This document shows positions 26,635 through 30,597 of a stretch of 30,597 bases of DNA, piece after piece (position 1 is the first letter of the stretch; each line of letters opens with the position of its first letter). The notes under the pieces were generated by a model. It was not told the DNA's origin. It made no database searches and worked only from the letters and a program-made list of their open reading frames with translations. Made by a program: the position numbers and the translations under genes. The stretch lies in the sequence record DRR378314_578; one strand, given 5' to 3'.

Positions 26635-28125
26635 ATGACAAAATTCAACCTTTTATTGCCACTTCTATTCATGTCTTTTTCCGTTATGGCGCAACAAGAC
26701 CATAAACGAACCATTGTTACCACCGATGGTGAAATAGACGATGTGGACACCTTTATTCGTTTTTTGATGTACACCAACGAATTTGATACCGAAGGATTGA
26801 TCTATTCCAGTTCCATGTGGCATTGGAAGGGTGATGGCAAGGGAACCACCATGGTCTCCGAAATGGAAATGACCCGAAATATGTATGGGGAACGCAGCGA
26901 ATTGAGATGGCCAGGAACCACTTGGATACAGGAACTGTTGGCCGAATATGCCAAAGTACATTCCAACCTATTGCTTCATGATAAAAACTACCCTACCCCA
27001 AAAGAGCTTTTGGTGCTGGTAAAAGTGGGCAACATAGATTTTGAGGGGGAAATGGACCAACGCACCGAAGGTTCAAAATGGATAGCAAAAAAATTGCTGG
27101 ATGATGACCCGCGCGAAATTTTTCTTCAGGCCTGGGGCGGAACCAATACCATTGCCCGTGCCCTAAAATCAATCGAAGAAGACTATTCCAGCCATAAAGA
27201 TTGGGAAACAATCAAAGAAAAAGTATCAAAAAAGGCCATCATCTACACCATCATGGACCAAGATGCCACCTACAAAAAATACATAGGGCCCAATTGGCCC
27301 AATATAAGGGTCTTTTACAATGCCAACCAATTTTGGTGCTTTGCCTACCCATGGAAACAAGTGGTTCCCAAGAGCCAGCAACCCTATTTAGAGGGGAGTT
27401 TTATGGGCCCCAACATCATAAATGATCATGGACCGTTGTTTACAAAATATTATTCCTACGGGGATGGGCAAAAACAAGAAGGAGATCCTAATCATTTTGA
27501 GGGAGATATTTCAAAAATTGCACATACCGATCGCGGCAATTTTTCCAAATACGATTTCATCTCAGAAGGAGATTCCCCTGCGTTTTTACATTTGGTGGAT
27601 GTGGGTCTGGACAACTACGAAGACCCGTCCCGAGGGGGTTGGAGCGGTCGTTTTGAGCAATCGACCGAAAATCCATACCGTTTTGAAGACGGTGAAGCCG
27701 CGGCCGATCTAAATCCTGAAACCGGAGAAATGGACAAAAGCTATCCCCAGACCCGTTGGATAAAACCTATGCAACTCGATTTTGCTGCCCGTGCCGATTG
27801 GTGCATCAAACCTTTTGAAGAAGCCAACCATCCTCCACAGATTTCTGTATCGCAAGGGAATTCGATTAATGCAAAACCAGGAGAAAAGGTTGTTCTCAAT
27901 CTTTCTGCTGAAGATATTGACGAACACCCTGTCTTTTTTAACGTTTGGCCCTATGCGGAAGCTGGTGATGGGGCTGCAACCGTTGAATTAAAAATTGATG
28001 TGGCATCGGTCAAAATTCCAAAGACAGCCAAAAATGGGGAACAATACCATATCATTGTTGAAGGTACCGATACTGGCTTTCCTGCTTTGACCAGGTACCA
28101 ACGTGTGATAATAGAAATCAAGTAA
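26635..28125 (+). CDS. Exported DUF1593 / nucleoside-hydrolase-like domain protein with C-terminal Ig-like domain
   Basis: Signal peptide from ATG 26635 ending VMA-Q. RTIVTTDGEIDD, YTNEFDTEGLIYSSS, QAWGGTNT, EGDSPAFL, GGWSGRF, DFAARADW, ANHPP and LTRYQRVII are typical of DUF1593 proteins. Confidence 0.82.
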   Translation: MTKFNLLLPLLFMSFSVMAQQDHKRTIVTTDGEIDDVDTFIRFLMYTNEFDTEGLIYSSSMWHWKGDGKGTTMVSEMEMTRNMYGERSELRWPGTTWIQELLAEYAKVHSNLLLHDKNYPTPKELLVLVKVGNIDFEGEMDQRTEGSKWIAKKLLDDDPREIFLQAWGGTNTIARALKSIEEDYSSHKDWETIKEKVSKKAIIYTIMDQDATYKKYIGPNWPNIRVFYNANQFWCFAYPWKQVVPKSQQPYLEGSFMGPNIINDHGPLFTKYYSYGDGQKQEGDPNHFEGDISKIAHTDRGNFSKYDFISEGDSPAFLHLVDVGLDNYEDPSRGGWSGRFEQSTENPYRFEDGEAAADLNPETGEMDKSYPQTRWIKPMQLDFAARADWCIKPFEEANHPPQISVSQGNSINAKPGEKVVLNLSAEDIDEHPVFFNVWPYAEAGDGAATVELKIDVASVKIPKTAKNGEQYHIIVEGTDTGFPALTRYQRVIIEIK

Positions 28126-28206
28126 GATATCATGCTCTTTCTAATATCAATTAGCTTGATTACCTTTAAATAATCCGATTGAGCACAATAAAAACTAACT
28201 AACGAT

Positions 28207-30519
28207 ATGCATACAATAAAACAAAATCTCCGATGGAGCAGTCTGTTCTTAGCAACATTATTTATAGGCTGTAGCCCAAAATTTACCGAAGAAAAAAAGG
28301 AAGGTTTCAACCTTGTACATCATGAAAATGGAGCAACCCTTGGGTACAGCCCAGGTTCCGAAGTATCCATTTTAACTGTTGACCGTTTGGCCTTTAAGGA
28401 CCTGAACCAAAACGGTACTTTAGACCCTTATGAGGATTGGAGGCTCCCTGCCGATGAAAGAGCCCATGATCTTGCCTCAAAAATGAGTGTGGAGCAAATT
28501 GCCGGTTTAATGCTTTATAGTGCACACCAATCCATTCCTGGAGGAGGCAATAGTTTTTTCGGAGCTGTCACCTACAATGGAAAACCATATGATGAAAGCG
28601 GAGCCAAACCAAGTGATCTATCCGATGCACAAAAGAAATTTCTTTTAGAGGACAACCTACGCCATGTTTTGATTACCAGTGTGGAGTCGCCGGGAATATC
28701 GGCACAATGGAACAACAATGCACAGGCTATGGTAGAAGGAATTGGATTGGGCATCCCCATCAACACCAGTTCGGACCCTAGACACGGAAGCGATTCTTAT
28801 GCAGAATTTAATGCAGGTGCAGGAGGGAAAATCTCAATGTGGCCAAGTACCTTGGGATTGGCGGCTAGTTTTGACCCATCACTAATGCAACAATTTGGGA
28901 AAATTGCTTCCAAAGAATACCGTGCTTTAGGAATTGCCACTGCCCTATCTCCACAAATAGATTTGGCTACAGAGCCGCGTTGGTCCCGTTTTGACGGCAC
29001 TATGGGAGAAGACCCAAAACTTGCCGCCGACATGGCCCGAGCATATGTTGAAGGCTTCCAAGCTTCAGAAAATGGCGATTGGGGCAACCAAAGTGTAAAC
29101 GCCATGGTAAAGCACTGGCCTGGAGGTGGCCCCGAAGAAGGTGGTCGTGATGGTCATTTTGGATATGGATCCTATGCCGTTTATCCTGGCAAAAACCTAG
29201 AGGATCATTTAAAGCCTTTTACCGAAGGGGCCTTTGATTTGGAAGGTCCAACCGAAATGGCCACTGCCGTAATGCCCTATTATACCATTTCATACAATCA
29301 GGACACGGAGAATGGCGAAAATGTGGGCAATGCCTACAATAAATACTTGATTACAGACCTGCTACGTGGCAAATACGGTTACGATGGTGTGGTGTGCACA
29401 GATTGGGGCATTACAGGGGATGCGCCGAATGTATATGAATTTAGGGGCAAGCCTTGGGGTGTTGAAAATTTAAGCGTGGCCGAAAGACATTATAAAATTA
29501 TTGAAGCGGGCTGCGACCAATTTGGAGGCAACAACGATATGGGACCTGTTATCGAAGCCTATCAAATGGGCGTAGAGGAACATGGAGAGGAATACATGCG
29601 CAAACGTTTTGAAACTTCTGCAGTGCGCCTTTTGAAAAATATATTCAGGACAGGGTTGTTTGAAAATCCGTATTTGGATGTATCAGAAACAGAACAAATC
29701 GTCGGTAATGCCGTGTTTATGGAAGCGGGCTACAAGGCACAGCTCAAATCCGTAGTGATGCTGAAGAACAGTTCGGAAACCTTGCCAGTTAAAGCCAAGA
29801 AAAAAGTTTACGTACCCCAGCGCTATGTTGCCCCTACCGTTAACTGGTTTGGCGTTGCGACCAAAGAACGCACAGAGCATCCATTTAATATGGAAGTAGT
29901 GGCCAAGTATTTTGAAGTTGTGGATGAACCTAGTGAGGCTGATTTTGCACTCGTAGGCATACAAAGTCCAAATGGTGGTGTTGGATACGACGTTGCCGAT
30001 ACGGAAAAAGGAGGCAATGGCTATGTGCCCATTAGCTTGCAGTATGGCACCTATACGGCAACCAATGCCCGGGATGAAAGCTTAGCTGCTGGAAGCCCTC
30101 TAGAAGATGGTATAACAAATCGCTCTTACAAAGGCAAAACAACAACCGCTGTCAATATTTCGGATATGGGCTTGGTTACGGATACCAAAAGAAAAATGGG
30201 AAATAAACCCGTTGTTGTAATTATTAAAGTATCCAAACCTATGGTTTTCGCTGAGATTGAGCCTTCAGCCGATGCTATTTTGGTACATATGGGGGTTCAA
30301 GATCAAGCATTAATGGATATTGTCTCCGGCAAGGTGGAACCCTCTGCCATGTTACCATTCCAAATGCCAAACGATATGATGACTGTTGAATCTCAATTTG
30401 AGGATGTCCCAAGGGACATGGAACCCTACACGGACTCCAATGGCAATGCGTACGATTTTGCTTTCGGGCTCAATTGGAATGGTGTAATTAATGATTCAAG
30501 AACGCAAGCTTATAAATAG
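28207..30519 (+). CDS. Glycoside hydrolase family 3 (beta-glucosidase/xylosidase), predicted lipoprotein
   Basis: Lipobox FIGC. FKDLNQNGTLDPYEDWRL, SSDPRH, PQIDLATEPRWSR, KHWPG, MPYY, nucleophile in VCTDWG, SVVMLKN, C-terminal FAFGL. Confidence 0.93.
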   Translation: MHTIKQNLRWSSLFLATLFIGCSPKFTEEKKEGFNLVHHENGATLGYSPGSEVSILTVDRLAFKDLNQNGTLDPYEDWRLPADERAHDLASKMSVEQIAGLMLYSAHQSIPGGGNSFFGAVTYNGKPYDESGAKPSDLSDAQKKFLLEDNLRHVLITSVESPGISAQWNNNAQAMVEGIGLGIPINTSSDPRHGSDSYAEFNAGAGGKISMWPSTLGLAASFDPSLMQQFGKIASKEYRALGIATALSPQIDLATEPRWSRFDGTMGEDPKLAADMARAYVEGFQASENGDWGNQSVNAMVKHWPGGGPEEGGRDGHFGYGSYAVYPGKNLEDHLKPFTEGAFDLEGPTEMATAVMPYYTISYNQDTENGENVGNAYNKYLITDLLRGKYGYDGVVCTDWGITGDAPNVYEFRGKPWGVENLSVAERHYKIIEAGCDQFGGNNDMGPVIEAYQMGVEEHGEEYMRKRFETSAVRLLKNIFRTGLFENPYLDVSETEQIVGNAVFMEAGYKAQLKSVVMLKNSSETLPVKAKKKVYVPQRYVAPTVNWFGVATKERTEHPFNMEVVAKYFEVVDEPSEADFALVGIQSPNGGVGYDVADTEKGGNGYVPISLQYGTYTATNARDESLAAGSPLEDGITNRSYKGKTTTAVNISDMGLVTDTKRKMGNKPVVVIIKVSKPMVFAEIEPSADAILVHMGVQDQALMDIVSGKVEPSAMLPFQMPNDMMTVESQFEDVPRDMEPYTDSNGNAYDFAFGLNWNGVINDSRTQAYK

Positions 30520-30569
30520 GATATATGGTAGGTTAAAATTAAAGGAGGGTGTATAAAAAGTAGGGCAAT

Positions 30570-30593
30570 GTCATATTGAGCTTGTCGAAATAT
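30570..30593 (+). repeat. GTC-tagged REP-like extragenic palindromic unit (one half; the inverted mate may lie beyond the window)
   Basis: GTCATATTGAGCTTGTCGAAATAT is a GTC tag followed by ATATT...AATAT arms around GAGCTTGTCGA. It resembles the GTCAnnnTGAGCTTGTCGAAnnn intergenic repeats I recall from Bacteroidota genomes. Only one copy was seen in this window. Confidence 0.55.
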
Positions 30594-30597
30594 TTTC

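Noticed and set aside
28161-28168. TACCTTTA as a Bacteroidota -7 promoter element for GH3 (similarly TACCTTCA at 6400)
   Set aside because: These deviate from TAnnTTTG and have no convincing -33 TTTG, so they cannot be supported without TSS data.

Overview
Bacterial chromosomal DNA that looks like a marine Flavobacteriaceae (Bacteroidota) genome. This is inferred from the SusC/SusD pair, many lipoprotein signals and AT-rich leaders lacking Shine-Dalgarno sites. There are four blocks. (1) 1-3294 (+): housekeeping-type run of rsmE 3' end, DUF4159-like protein, AI-2E transporter and a THUMP-like SAM methyltransferase. (2) 3291-6218 (-): two alpha/beta hydrolases, a lipoprotein VanX/DdpX D-Ala-D-Ala dipeptidase and a 5'(3')-deoxyribonucleotidase. 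(3) 6466-12966 (+): a tight five-gene operon of D-amino-acid transaminase, lipoprotein D-aminoacylase, exported M20 metallohydrolase and two exported SxxK serine hydrolases (one D-aminopeptidase-like). It is a candidate D-peptide/D-amino-acid scavenging system. (4) 12987-30519: a divergent polysaccharide-utilisation-locus (PUL)-like block. susC-susD-FG-GAP/ASPIC lipoprotein lie on (-). On (+) are an NrtR-family regulator with a perfect 21-bp operator-like palindrome upstream, a GMC flavoprotein plus Tat small subunit, a Tat Gfo/Idh/MocA oxidoreductase, a DUF1593 nucleoside-hydrolase-like protein and a GH3 lipoprotein. It is a candidate oxidative (3-keto) glycoside-catabolism locus with no canonical lyase in the window. 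A REP-like repeat begins at the right edge. No rRNA, tRNA, CRISPR array or transposase was recognised. All calls come from reading motifs by eye; no searches were run.
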